From the NCBI RefSeq assembly GCF_033153115.1, contig NW_026889755.1, positions 558,001-622,000 on the forward strand: a stretch of 64,000 nucleotides of DNA. Direction: 5' to 3'. The notes below the pieces were generated by a model that saw nothing but the letters and a program-made list of their open reading frames with translations, searched no databases and was not told where the DNA came from. Below are positions 12,750 through 24,900 of the stretch, one piece after another. The first letter of the stretch is position 1; each line of letters starts with the position of its first letter. This stretch comes from Saccostrea echinata. Lineage: Eukaryota. A program made the translations under genes and the position numbers.

Positions 12750-15700
12750 GTTGTCCGAGCGGAACCTTTGGGTATATGTGTGAGAATACCTGCTCAAAAA
12801 ACTGTATTGGTATATGTAATCATACTAATGGTCAATGTGACTGTTTATTAGGGTTCAAAGGTTCACCAAACTGCACGGCAGGTTGGTGCATATACAGCAT
12901 TTATATTTTATCACATTAAATTTCGAATACCTCTCTGAGAGCTAAATAAGTCAGTATTTTAAAATGATTTTGAAAGGCTAAGGAAAAGAATAATGTTTTC
13001 GAAGGAAAAAAGGTGTCATGATTTATTTCAAATATGCGTGTAATTGGCATGTTGTATTTCAAACAAAATGATAAAATAAATATTTCCCAGCTTTGAATCT
13101 GTAATTAGATTTTTTGAGAAAGCTTAAATGACTCACGAATATGCTATATAAATTATTTAAATCTCTATGATACAAGCTTATCATTGTTATTGTTAATAAT
13201 TGTAGAATGTTCGGGCGGATTCTTTGGTGTAAATTGTCAGCATAAATGTAGTGGTCACTGTCTTAACGGTAAGACCTGCAGTAGGTTTGATGGTATCTGT
13301 CCGCAGGGATGTCAGAATCAATATCAAAGACTGACTTGTGATTATAAATGTATGTTTTTACTGAAAAAAAAATTGTGTCATAAAAGTCATTAAAGCTCTT
13401 TTCTGTCTTTAAAAGCAATAAATAAATAAATAAAATAAAAATAATAATAAAAAAAAAAATAAATATATAAATAAATAAATGAATAAATCGGACAATATTG
13501 GAATACAAAGAGCCAGCTAATGTCAACAGGCCCTGCAAAATACAAAAAAAATTGTGTTTGTGTATCCTATCTATCCATGTATATTTATAAAGTTTATGAA
13601 CCAAAGTCTTCGTATATGAGTAATTATTTGGGCGGATCCAAGCTTCGTGTGCTGTTATGTAGTATCCAAACCAATGCCGTATCCAGAAAACAAGGAATTT
13701 TCTTCACTTTTCACTCGGTTTTTGGGAAAATTCGATGTGGCCGCAAGCATCGACCAAAAAAACATTTTAACCAGAAATACTTTAACATAAAAGGGGTTGA
13801 TTTATACTGGTTTTGTTCTGGTCGTGGGCTGCGGCCACAGTGAATTTTGTAAAATTCTGATACTATCAGTCGTCTGCTTTACGGATCTTGACCTGAGGGG
13901 AATGGAATTAGCTGGGTGTTTTAATAATATTCTGAGAAAATGAATAACAATAGAATGCATGCTTACTTTGTAGAGAATCTAAATGATATAAAGAATTAAT
14001 TTGATAAATCAGTTGTTCAAAATTCGTTGTCGCGACCACCTTTTTTACTTTCGTTTTCATTCCAGGCAACGACAATCCGGAACAAGCAAAACATACATGT
14101 ACAATGTATAGTACATAATATTATAACGTCTAAATCTTAGAGAGTGTTTTGTAAAAGGGTATATGAAATGTTATTGTGGTTGATGATTATTATGTGGATT
14201 TTAAGGCAAAAACCTAACGTCTCTAGGTTGTATAGCTAACTCTAAATATAGACGTCGTCATTGTTTACATTAACAACGAACAGTGACGTGCCAAAAGTTT
14301 TCTCCATATTTTGGTATTTCGTTTGATATTTCACTATAAACAATACCGTTGTTTAATCAAACATTTATAAAAGATTTATTAACAAATTTCATAGTAAAAG
14401 AAAACAGCGCTCAGATGAAATATATCTCAAATTTACGTTTTTAAAAATACATGTACTGGAAAATTTACATTAATCAATGCAAAGGTGATTTTTTAAAAAA
14501 ATTAACTAGCACTAACCACCCTTTCTCCGAAAGCTTTATTTGTACATGAATATACTTAGTATATTTTAATTTAAGTAGGAATTGAAAATCCTTCAATGAA
14601 TTAAATTCATATACTTCTTATACATCAGTTAGAAATCCTTTTATTATGATTTTTTTATTGTTGTCTTTTCAGAAAAAACAACTGAAGTGATACTTAGTTG
14701 AGAACAGTGGAGTATATAAGTATATGCTATATATATGTTCCTAAAACAATGAAAATTTACCTATAAAGTTTTCGTTCAGAAAATTTAAGATGAGAATAAA
14801 TAAATGACTAAAATGATACCCATTATAATGGAAACTTCTGAATGCGACAACTTCATGTAGTTTTAAGAAATTATAAATGCTGAAAAAAAATATATATTAA
14901 TAATATTATATATTCATATTATCTTTATTTGCATAAGTCTTTGAATTCTAACTCAGTCATTACACGCTCCCCCTTTTTGGATAGTAAAAACTCTCCAAAA
15001 TATAAATCCACTGACTCTTACTTAATCAAAATATATTGATAATAAAAATATCTTCTTATATTATATACAATGTAGTTATATAATTTGATACTCATTTGTA
15101 GGAGGGGGCGCCTGGCTGTGCCGTTTAGGTTATTGTCATTCTTGATATTCTTAATTTTAGCAAATAAAATATACAAAATATTGTATATTTAATTTCATTT
15201 GCAAAAATAAAGTTAACCAGGAAGGACACTATTTATAAGCTTATATATCATACTGAAAATCTCAGAAATAGGGGAAGTAAAACTACTGGGGATCTGCTGA
15301 TGCCCCTGAACGACCCTTGCTTTTGAAATCCCCTATCGCCACCAAATCAGGTGAAGTACGTACCAGGAAGATACTTTCTTTTTAAGAGAGAGATGAAAAT
15401 AGTTAGCATTATAATATTTATAATCCACAAATAGATACAGGCACGCAAAATCGGGGGGGGGGGGGGCTAGCCCCCCAAGTTTTTTCCAGACATAATTTTT
15501 ACCATAGCAAATGTTCATTGAAGTGTCCCCCATCTTTTTGTTGCAGTGTAGTTAAATAAAAAATTGGTACTGAAAGAAGTTACCCCCCCCCCTCCACGAA
15601 ATAACATTTTCGAGTGTGTACATTTTTTTTTTTTTTTTGCTCGTCAAGTTTCTTTCGGGTAAGTTGAAAAGTTGAAGCAAATTCTCAGACTGCCCTCCCC

Positions 15701-18058
15701 CTCCCCTAAAAAGTCTTTCAAAAACAATGCTACGTCACTGAGATACTCAGATTTCAAATTATGATTTCTTGGTGTTGTTTGTCCCCAAAGGATCAACAGT
15801 CAGGTTCTAAATCTGAAACCACCAGAGGAATAAATTCAACATGAACCTGGTTGATGCGTGTATTAATGCTGAGGAGTATTGGTATAAACTTTAATGTTCC
15901 ATCTCCATTCGAGGTCGATGAATAAAAGATGGACTCGTGTTACATAGTAAATCTAATTTATTCTAAAAAGATTTTTTGTTAATAGCATCAACGAATATAG
16001 ACTTGTTGACAATTTATAACTTCTACATCATTTGTGACAAAAAGAATGTATTCTTTTTTCTTCGGCTCTTAATTGAAAATTCATTTGTTTTTCTTTAAAC
16101 TTCATGTACATGTTAATTAATTAAAATGCCGTTACCTTTTTTCTGTCCACAAACAATTTCAACTATGATGAATATGTAACTAAGTTTGACATTCAAATAT
16201 ACGCATTTTGAAGAAATAAAATCAATTGCGTCATCTCGGACCCTCCGTTTGTCGGAAAAGCCCAAGAAGGTCAATTACACCAGAAGGTGCGCCATTCGTG
16301 TCCGTAATGCTGTATACAAGGGTTGTTAAAAAAGTCTTTGGACAATGGTGATTTTATTTGTTATGAAAATCAAAATACAAAAGTCAGATTAATATTTTTA
16401 TTTATTATAAAAATCAAAGTCAGATTAGTTAATTTTTTTCATTGTTGAAAATCACTGATGAAGTTAGGAAGATGATTTTGATTTATTCTTCGTTAGTTGA
16501 CACCTTTTCAGTGGTCCAGATTCAAAGATCAATTTGAAAGGTCATCGTACATGTATATTAAAAGAAAAATACTGGTGACAATGATGAAGGCATGTCAACT
16601 AGAGCCTCTGACTTTAACCTATAATATGTTTTTACTATAAACAAACCTTGGAGTAAATTAGAATTTCAGGATTCTAAAGTCAATGATCTTTACTAGATAT
16701 TTCTTAAGTTGCAGACACATAGTATCGATTTAAATAAAAAAAAGGGGGGGGGGTCAGAATCAAACTCCAAAATCCTATCTGGTGGGGGACGACTTCTCAA
16801 CTTCTTCCACAATCAATTTTTTCATACATTACCACATAACTCCGATTTTAACTAAGCTGCAACAAACAGTGGGTGGAGCTAATAGCCTCTCAGTGAACAT
16901 TCTCAATAGTAAAATGTAATGACTAAAAAAGGGGGGACACTCCCCCCCCCCCCCCCCCGATACGTCGTGCCTGAGTTGTTAGTAATATCATTAAATCCTG
17001 ATTATATACATGTAATTCCTGTCCATTTTTTGGCTGCCCATTGTTCTATTTTGCATGAATAATTTAATATATTGTGTTCAATTGTTGTTTTTAATCTCGA
17101 AAAGGGCGATTTTTGGTATTTTAATATTATAATTTGAACCTAAGTGCAGACAGGTCAAAATTAATGCTAAAGAAAGTTATATTTTACTATTCTTGTTTGT
17201 TAATTAAATCAAATTTCAATGATCTTTTTGCATTGTCTATCTTTTATTTAACGTTCCGGGAAAAAAAATAAAAACAAAATTGTGGAGAAAAACGGACTGC
17301 AAATTAAGCAAGCAATTTTGACTGCAGATATGATATTCAGATGAACCGACACTATGGAGGTCATAAATTCTTTCAATTAAAACGTTCTTTTTGTGCAATA
17401 TTTTCTTTGAAGTAAATAAACAATGCAATGTACGTAAAACGTTTTACATCTTTTACATACATGTATAAAATACAATGGTACATAAAAGTTGTTTTTTAAA
17501 TACCATTCAAAATTGACCGCAATAATGACGTTATAGTGCTCAAAGCGGTTAAATGCAATAAAATACATCCCATCTTCAGAGGATTATTGCAACTAAACTA
17601 TAAAAGATAAATAAGAATTGTTAATATATTTATAAAGTGTACATTCTCAAGTCATTTCTTTATGATTATTTTTAATTTTCAAAGAAGGGCCGAATTGCAC
17701 TACTAATGTACCTGGCTCTTTGACAGGCTATATGAAGCTCGAAACACTGATTTATGTTTGTTGTAGATAAAAGTCAAAAAGGAAAGTGGCCATTGGAATT
17801 TTCATTATCTCTTGCTTTAAACATCGTACTTGTAACATTCCATGTTCTTTTAGTAAAACTAGCCAGGTAACGTATAAGAGTGATTAAAAAAATAACTCTA
17901 TTATTAATTCAGTATTTAATAAACCAATTTAAATAGATAATCTTATTCTTTTTGAATTGTACGAGGAACATTCTAAACTAATAAAAGAAACTTTGAGAGG
18001 AATATTCTGCTTATTTTCTGAAAAGATAACGAATACAAAAATAAAATTCTTAGATTTG

Positions 18059-18110
<52 letters not shown>

Positions 18111-18558
18111 ATTTTACTGAGATCTCTTTTCTTTTATAACGTGCTTCTTTTCTTCCTATTAAAAAAACATTAAATACTTGTACTTGGTAAAAGAATATTT
18201 ATTACAGTTTTGAGCGAATTCCCATTGCTATACTTCGATCTTATATTACTGATTTGTAGATCAAGTACATGTATAAACATTACTGTAAAACATAAAGACA
18301 CATTCATTTATCGTTTTTTTTAGACATGGATACCTCCAGTCCATGGAAAAGAAAGCAAAGCATCCAATTGAAAGAAATGACGATGAAACAAACATAGAAT
18401 TAGTCAGAATAAATGGAACAACCAATGAACAACGTAACAGGGATGGGTGGCATTGCAGAATTCTCAAGAAATGTCCAATTGGCTTCGGGTACAACAATAT
18501 GTACACAGATCAGATCAAGAATTTTATATATAATTGTCAAGATAGTGGATATCATTAA
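12750..18558 (+). CDS. Gene A (3' part only): MEGF10/SREC-like multiple-EGF single-pass receptor, paralog of genes B and C; may be a pseudogene
   Basis: AG/GT-bounded exons 12750-12881 (CPSGTFGYMCENTCSKNCIGICNHTNGQCDCLLGFKGSPNCTA), 13206-13349 (CSGGFFGVNCQHKCSGHC...), 17767-17866 (TM, KWPLEFSLSLALNIVLVTFHVLLVKLAR) and 18324-18558 (tail). Sizes 132/144/100 bp equal the corresponding gene B exons. Upstream exons were not found in the window. Confidence 0.75.
18062..18108 (+). repeat. (GA)n microsatellite
   Basis: About 23 GA units; others are (GA)n at about 51000-51052, (CA)n at about 61905-61947, (TA)n at about 50673-50704 and (CT)n at about 63744-63772. Confidence 0.95.
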
Positions 18559-19433
18559 AAAGTATGGCATTATCAGAACACCATTGAGTGACGGAGCGGA
18601 ACGGGAGATGAGATGAAACTTTTTTTTCATTCTTTTAATTGAAAGAAAATAAAGGAATCAATTTTACAAGCACAGATTACTTCTTCTAGAAATAAATCAC
18701 ACAAATTCAATTTTGAATTTAAAACTTCATTCATGCAATCATTACTATTATTCTGAGTCTAATCTTATATCAAATTTTCAGCTCAATAAACACTCTTTTA
18801 ATGTTAGAGTCAAGACTTTTATTTAGATTAAGATGAGTTAATGTACTATGCACTAGATTTCAAATAATACTATAATATCGATAAAAAATTCTTTTTATTA
18901 TTGAGTTTAAGAGGGGAAATAAATCGTAATTCAACGAAATTTAGTTCTAAGTTTGTTTACCATGCAACAGCTGTCGTAAAGAAAATGGCCTAGCAGGAAG
19001 GATGATTCTTGATAAAATTTACCCTTTGCAAAAAAATGATATGTCAGCAAAAGTGGCGAAAATGATACTTAACATTAATGTATCAAGTCTCATTAGTAAA
19101 CGATAAAACGTAAGTTTTCCAAAATTAATTTTTTTTTTATGATTATCGTTTTTCTTTCATCTATTCATGAAATACATCAAATGAATTGCATGTTTGACGA
19201 GAGGTGAGACCCCTTTATGGCAATTTAAATAAAAAAAAACTAATTATATTTCTATGTATGTCTGACAAAAAGATTTATATAGGTATTATCATTACTACCA
19301 CTTCTGTTGTTTTTGTCTTCTTTTCAATGTTTTGTTAATACATTGTGATATTTATTTAAGCAATATAAATATACTGTCAAGAACGTATAATGTAAATAAA
19401 GGAGTAATAAAATTAAAAAAAAAAATGATTAGC

Positions 19434-19471
19434 AACCCTAACCCTAACCCTAACCCTAACCTTAACCCTAA
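19434..19471 (-). repeat. Short interstitial (TTAGGG)n tract
   Basis: Six AACCCT units on the plus strand, one of them the variant AACCTT. Confidence 0.85.
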
Positions 19472-20413
19472 TTGATTGATCTGTTTAACCGAACTTGTAT
19501 ACAATTCCTGCACTAAGAAAGTTTTAATAGGTAGAAAAAAAATTATACTGAGCGTAGTAGTTTTTGATATACAAATCAGTGTACTCTGTTCAAATTACAG
19601 TGCACATATCTAAGAGAAATTTACACCGGCAGCCAGTGTTGCCAGTCTTAGCTTGCAAAATACCCGCTATACCGACGATATAGTCCTACACACTTAGCAT
19701 CACTTAGCACACATTAGCATATAACGCATACATCCAGAATTTAATTTAACCCAAGAAGAATCAATTCTGTCTTTCTGACTTTTTTGCCATATTTGCTAAT
19801 TTAATAATCGTGTGTTTAAAGCTCACTCTGATTTTTTTATGCTCCCTTGCTTTTATATTCCCGTTATTTACTGGGGTAGAAGGAGGGATAAACTGCATTG
19901 CCGTGTTGTCAACATCGGAACTCCAATCATAGTCTGTTCCGGAAGAGTTTTCCTACCTAATTTCTTAAGATTGCAATTAAATTTGGAATGGTCCTAAGAT
20001 ATAACGCAAAATATTTGATTTCTATCTATCTGAAACCATTTTAGTGAGAATGTATATATAAAAATAGAAGCTTGATAGATTTCTCATTTTGATTCCTTAT
20101 TTAGATCAAACACAAACAGGAATATGAGCACTAGACTTTTCAATATTTGTTGTTGAACATTCATTTTTAGCATTAGGACTATCAATTAGTGTCTTTCTAA
20201 TACTCAGAAGGTCTCCGTAAAATGCGCCGGTAGAGAAAGGGTTCAGTAATATATGCTTTTCTTTACGTTATAAGAAATACAGTTTTATTACTGTGGCTTA
20301 ATTGAAAAATTCCAAAATTAAAACAGAAATGAATTGGAAAGATCATATTGGCTTCTAAACATTAGGAATACATATTTTTTTAAAAGATAAACATGAAGTA
20401 ATATTTGTTTTAG

Positions 20414-20561
20414 AGTTGATGAAGGCAGTGGTATCTCAATTTTTTTCAAAAGAAAGAAAACAAAAAATCAGATGGATAGAAATGACGACGTACGGTTAGC
20501 TGACGAGAATGGTACGACTGATAATCCAGATCACGAGGAAATGAGGACAATTTTAAAGTAG
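20414..20561 (+). CDS. Second candidate terminal (cytoplasmic) exon for gene A
   Basis: ttgttttag acceptor in the phase required by the TM exon. Reads RVDEGSGISIFFKRKKTKNQMDRNDDVRLADENGTTDNPDHEEMRTILK*, similar to the 18324 exon (ERNDDE..NGTT) and to the gene C tail (SIFF). Confidence 0.55.
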
Positions 20562-20882
20562 ATTTCCTGATGCTTTGTTTTGAGGTTGTCAATAATGATT
20601 AGGCCACAACTAGGAAATCAACTAAAATCATACATCGATATGTGAAGCAGCTCCAATTTCACAAAGAAACAAGAATCTATCATGAATGTTGAGTCAGATC
20701 TTTAATTAATGTCTGCATATATCGTGGATTTTAATATAAATTTGGAAGAGAGGAAGAAAGGGAGGGGGGTTATAGAATTAGATGAAATATTCAAATGTAA
20801 AAAAGGGCCGATTGATTCGTTCATTCTTTGCATTGTTAAATACCTACAGACTTTGAATTTGTCGCTGTTGATTGATTGATTG

Positions 20883-20907
20883 TTTGTTTGTTGTTTTTAA
20901 TGTCCCT

Positions 20908-20942
<35 letters not shown>

Positions 20943-21176
20943 CTTGCCGGTGGAGGGCTGCAAATTTTGACCTATACTTGGCACTTAGGGCCATTGAGCA
21001 GTGAGGGATCTTTTTCGTGCCAGCACCTACTGCGACACGTGACCTCGGTTTACACGGTCTCATCCGAAGGACCGGCCTCCACGTCCCGCATGGATTCGAA
21101 CACGCGACGTAAGGATCTTCTCCTTACATCGCGACTCTAGAGCAAACACTCTAACCACTGCGCCATGCGGGCGACT
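20883..21176 (-). mobile_element. SINE family A, nested in the tail of a family B SINE
   Basis: Full head-to-tail match to the 10721 copy; flanked by TGATTGATTGATTG at 20869-20882 and 21177-21190. Confidence 0.92.
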
Positions 21177-21492
21177 TGATTGATTGATTGTATATTGTTT
21201 AACATCCCATTCGAGAACTTTTCACTCATACAGAGACGTCACCGTATGTCGGTGAAGGGATTCAGATTTAGACCTATACTTGGAACTTAGGGCTATTGAT
21301 CAGTAAGAGTTCTTTTTAAAGTCTCATCCGAAAGACCCGTGACTTTCACTTCTAGTGCCGGGTGCTTGGCGAAGGAACAGTCACTACCTATGTTTTCATC
21401 TTAAGTTTGACGCTTCGCGGCGAACGAAAATCGAACTCGGGCCTCGCGATCACGAAGCGAGCGCCCTACCACTAGGCTACCGTAACCTGTGC
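21177..21492 (-). mobile_element. SINE family B
   Basis: Minus-strand head GTAGCCTAGTGGTAGGGCGCTCGCTTCGTGATCGCGAGGCCCGAGTTCGATT, then GTCAAACTTAAGATG..AGGTAGTGACTGTTCCTTCGCC. TSD TTGTCGCTGT at 20859-20868 and 21493-21502 encloses both SINEs. Confidence 0.88.
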
Positions 21493-21991
21493 TTGTCGCT
21501 GTAGAAGTTATTACAGATGAAGCAGGAAAGTCGGTGGAAAATGATTTTTTGATTGAACTTATTTTAAAGGCAAATATAAATAAAGATAAAATACAAGAAG
21601 CGATGACTTTGATACTATATGAGAGACGATAAATATATTGAACTACAGATGCATTAAACGACCTTGAACGTGTTAGAATGATTGTATATGAACTACATGA
21701 ATGTCATTTAAACATGAGTGCTGTATATATTCAAGCGTCTTTTTATATTGCTTCAAAAATGATATGCTTGAAAATTTGTGGCTTGACCTTTTAAAACAAA
21801 TTTGATATTGGTATTGTATATCAAACATTTCGTATATTAAAAAAACAAGCATGAAAATGAACACCTGGACTAAATAAATCTTTTTGTCAAAATATATAAA
21901 AGATCCACGCACACACTGTGAGGAAGTTGTAAAGACCTTTTATCAACAACGACTATACCACATATATATTTTCAAGAACTTCCTGGTATTT

Positions 21992-24900
21992 ATGATATTT
22001 AATACTATGGATACTTTTTATGCAATGCTTGTACTTTTTACAGGAATACCTCGTTTGGAAGGATTCGGTAGGTAAAATATTTAGTGTGTAAATTATTATG
22101 ATCTCAGACATAATTTCTTTGTCAGGGGTTTCTTTGATTGGACATATTGTCTTAAGTATCTATCAAGCTGAGTAAATTTCGATGGCAAAACCTGTCAACT
22201 CATAGTAGATTAAAGGCTTGTTTAATACTTGTATTTGAACTTAAGAACGATAAAATTGGCATTTAATAATCAAAGTGTACTGTGAACTTTAATGCTGTTT
22301 GCAATAATTACATCTAACAAGGAGCAAATTAAGTAACTCAAGACAAAAATATGCTGACTAGGAGAAATACGATGTACATGTATTTAAATTTGAATCATAA
22401 AAAAATGTTTGGACTTCAGGACTCATTTAAGGACGACGGACCTAATTCGAAATTTTGAGCCACTGCGCAGAAAACCGCGCATATGCCTTGAATCAAATTG
22501 ACTTAATTATGTATTGCAAAAGATAAAAAAAAATATACATTTTTAATTCTTTTAAAGATATTCAAACGTTTCCTCTCAATTCAAAAATATTGTAAATATT
22601 TCAATTTATATTCACTTCTTAATTTTATAAATAAATGATTTTTTTTGCCAAGATATTTTCATAGAAACTTTCCCCTAAAATGTGCCCTACATCTCATCTG
22701 CGTATGACATGCCCCCCCCCCCCAAAAAAAAATCTAAGCCGATGACCCATTTATTATTTTGGCATAATTTGCTGGCAAATTGTCTAGTTAACATTGTCCT
22801 TTAATATGTATAAAATTCTATTGCAGAATTTTTTTTTCAATGATCACTCTTGTACCCTACACTGGGAGTTTCGCATTACTTCTTATAGTAATTATCGATT
22901 TCCATCGCCAACTTTTGAAACGCTCCCCATTAAAAATGTACATCGAAGACCATGTGATTTTTTATTGATTTTAACTCACCAAAAGTCACTTTACCTCATA
23001 TTAAAATCTGAATAAAAAAATCTATTGCAGAAATGAATTAGGTCCGTTGTCGTTAATGTTTTTACGTTTTTATGTGTTTGATTATTTATAATATTTACTT
23101 TATGAAATTATCCCTACTGTCAAAACACACAGGGGTAGTAAATATCGTATCAGGTAAATATTCTGGGAAATTCATTCGTGTTTACAAGTTGTAAGCTTTT
23201 GTACTGATGTGCATTTGGCATAAAAACATTCTAACGAAGTTTTTTTGAGAGAGGCACACATTATTTGCTCAGGAGTACAATTATAAATTTAACAAGATGT
23301 GTTTGTGAAACACTGATGCCCCCGTATGACAGCTTATGGCGAAGGTTAAAGTTTCTTCAAATGCAAGTCAAAATCCAGGCCAAAAGATAAAAAATGTTGA
23401 TACCCAAAGAAAGGTCTTGTCTCGAGGAATACACCTGTGAAATTTGAAAGACATAGATATAACTGTTCAAAAGTTATGGCAAAGGTTATTTTTTTTTAAA
23501 TAAAAGTCAAACGTCAAGGTCAAGGTCAAAGTGGTTGGTATCCAAAGGAAGATCTTGTCACAAGGATTACATATGTGAAGTATGAAAGCCCTAGCACCAA
23601 CCATTCAAAAGTTATGACCAAGGTTAAAGTTTTTCAAAAGTAGGTCAAACTACTAGGTCAAGGTCAAAGGGTCAAAGTGGTTGGTATCCAAAAGAAGCTC
23701 TTGTCACAAGGACTACATATGTGAAATATGAAAGACCTAGCATCAACCATTCAAAAGTTATGGCCAAGGTTAAAGTTTTTCAAAAGTAGGTCAAACTCAT
23801 AGGTGAAGGTCAAAAGGTCAAAGTGGTGGTTGGTATCCAAAGGAAGGTCTTGTCACAAGGATTACATATGTGAAGTATGAAAGCCCTAGCTCCAACCATT
23901 CAAAAATTATGGCCAAGGTTAAAGTTTTTCAAAAGTAGGTCAAACTTCTAGGTCAAGGTCACAGGGTCAAAATGGTTGATATCCAGAGGAAGGTCTTGTC
24001 ACAGGGAATACACATGTGAAGTTTGAAACCCTAAGCTCCACCTGTTCAAAAGTTATGGCCAAGGTTAAAGTTTTTCAAAAGTAGGTCAAACTCCAAGGTC
24101 AAAAGGTCAAAGTTGTTGGTATCCAAAGGAAGGCCTTGTCACAAAGAATACACATGTGAAGTTTGAAACCCCAAGCACCAACTGTTCAGAAGTTATGGCC
24201 AAGGTTAAAGTCTTATAAAATTTTTCAAAAGTGGGTCAAACTCCAAGGTCAAGGTCAAAAGGTCAAATATGATGGTACCCAAAGAAAGGTCTTGTCACAA
24301 GAAATACACATGTGAAATATGAAAGTCATAGCTTCAACCAATCAAAAGTTATGGGCAAGGTTAAAGTTGACAACAGACAGACAGACAAACAGACAAACAG
24401 CAAACGGACACACAGACAAACGGACAAACAGACAAACAGATAAACAGACAAACAGACAGACAGGACAAAAACAATATACCCCCGGGATCTTTCGATCCGG
24501 GGGCATAAAAGAAAATTGCAGTTATGGGGTCCGCATGCATACTTGTGACAGCCAAGCGATCACCTGCGTTTGCATCTATTTGTCCTACTGACAAATGTAT
24601 ATTAATTGTTCTTGAAAATGTCATATTGGAAAATGATTTCAGCATTCGGCAAAGTCGTCTCTGCGTATTTAAATTTGGATTTTCATTTAAAATTAATCTT
24701 TACTATTTCTATAAAAATGATTTATTTTCATCTCATTGTCCCCCGCTTTCACTGAAAGTGGAGAATATTAATTTGGGTCTGTCTGTCCGTCTGTATTTCT
24801 GTCTGTCTGTAACACTTTCGTTTCCGCGCGATATCTCGAGAACCCTTTGAGCTATCGCAATGAAATTTTGCATAGCAACCCCCTATGGCCTAAACAGGAA

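Noticed and set aside
23330-24360. Regular repeat array as a possible CRISPR
   Set aside because: Whole monomers are similar with no unique spacers, there are no cas genes and the context is eukaryotic.
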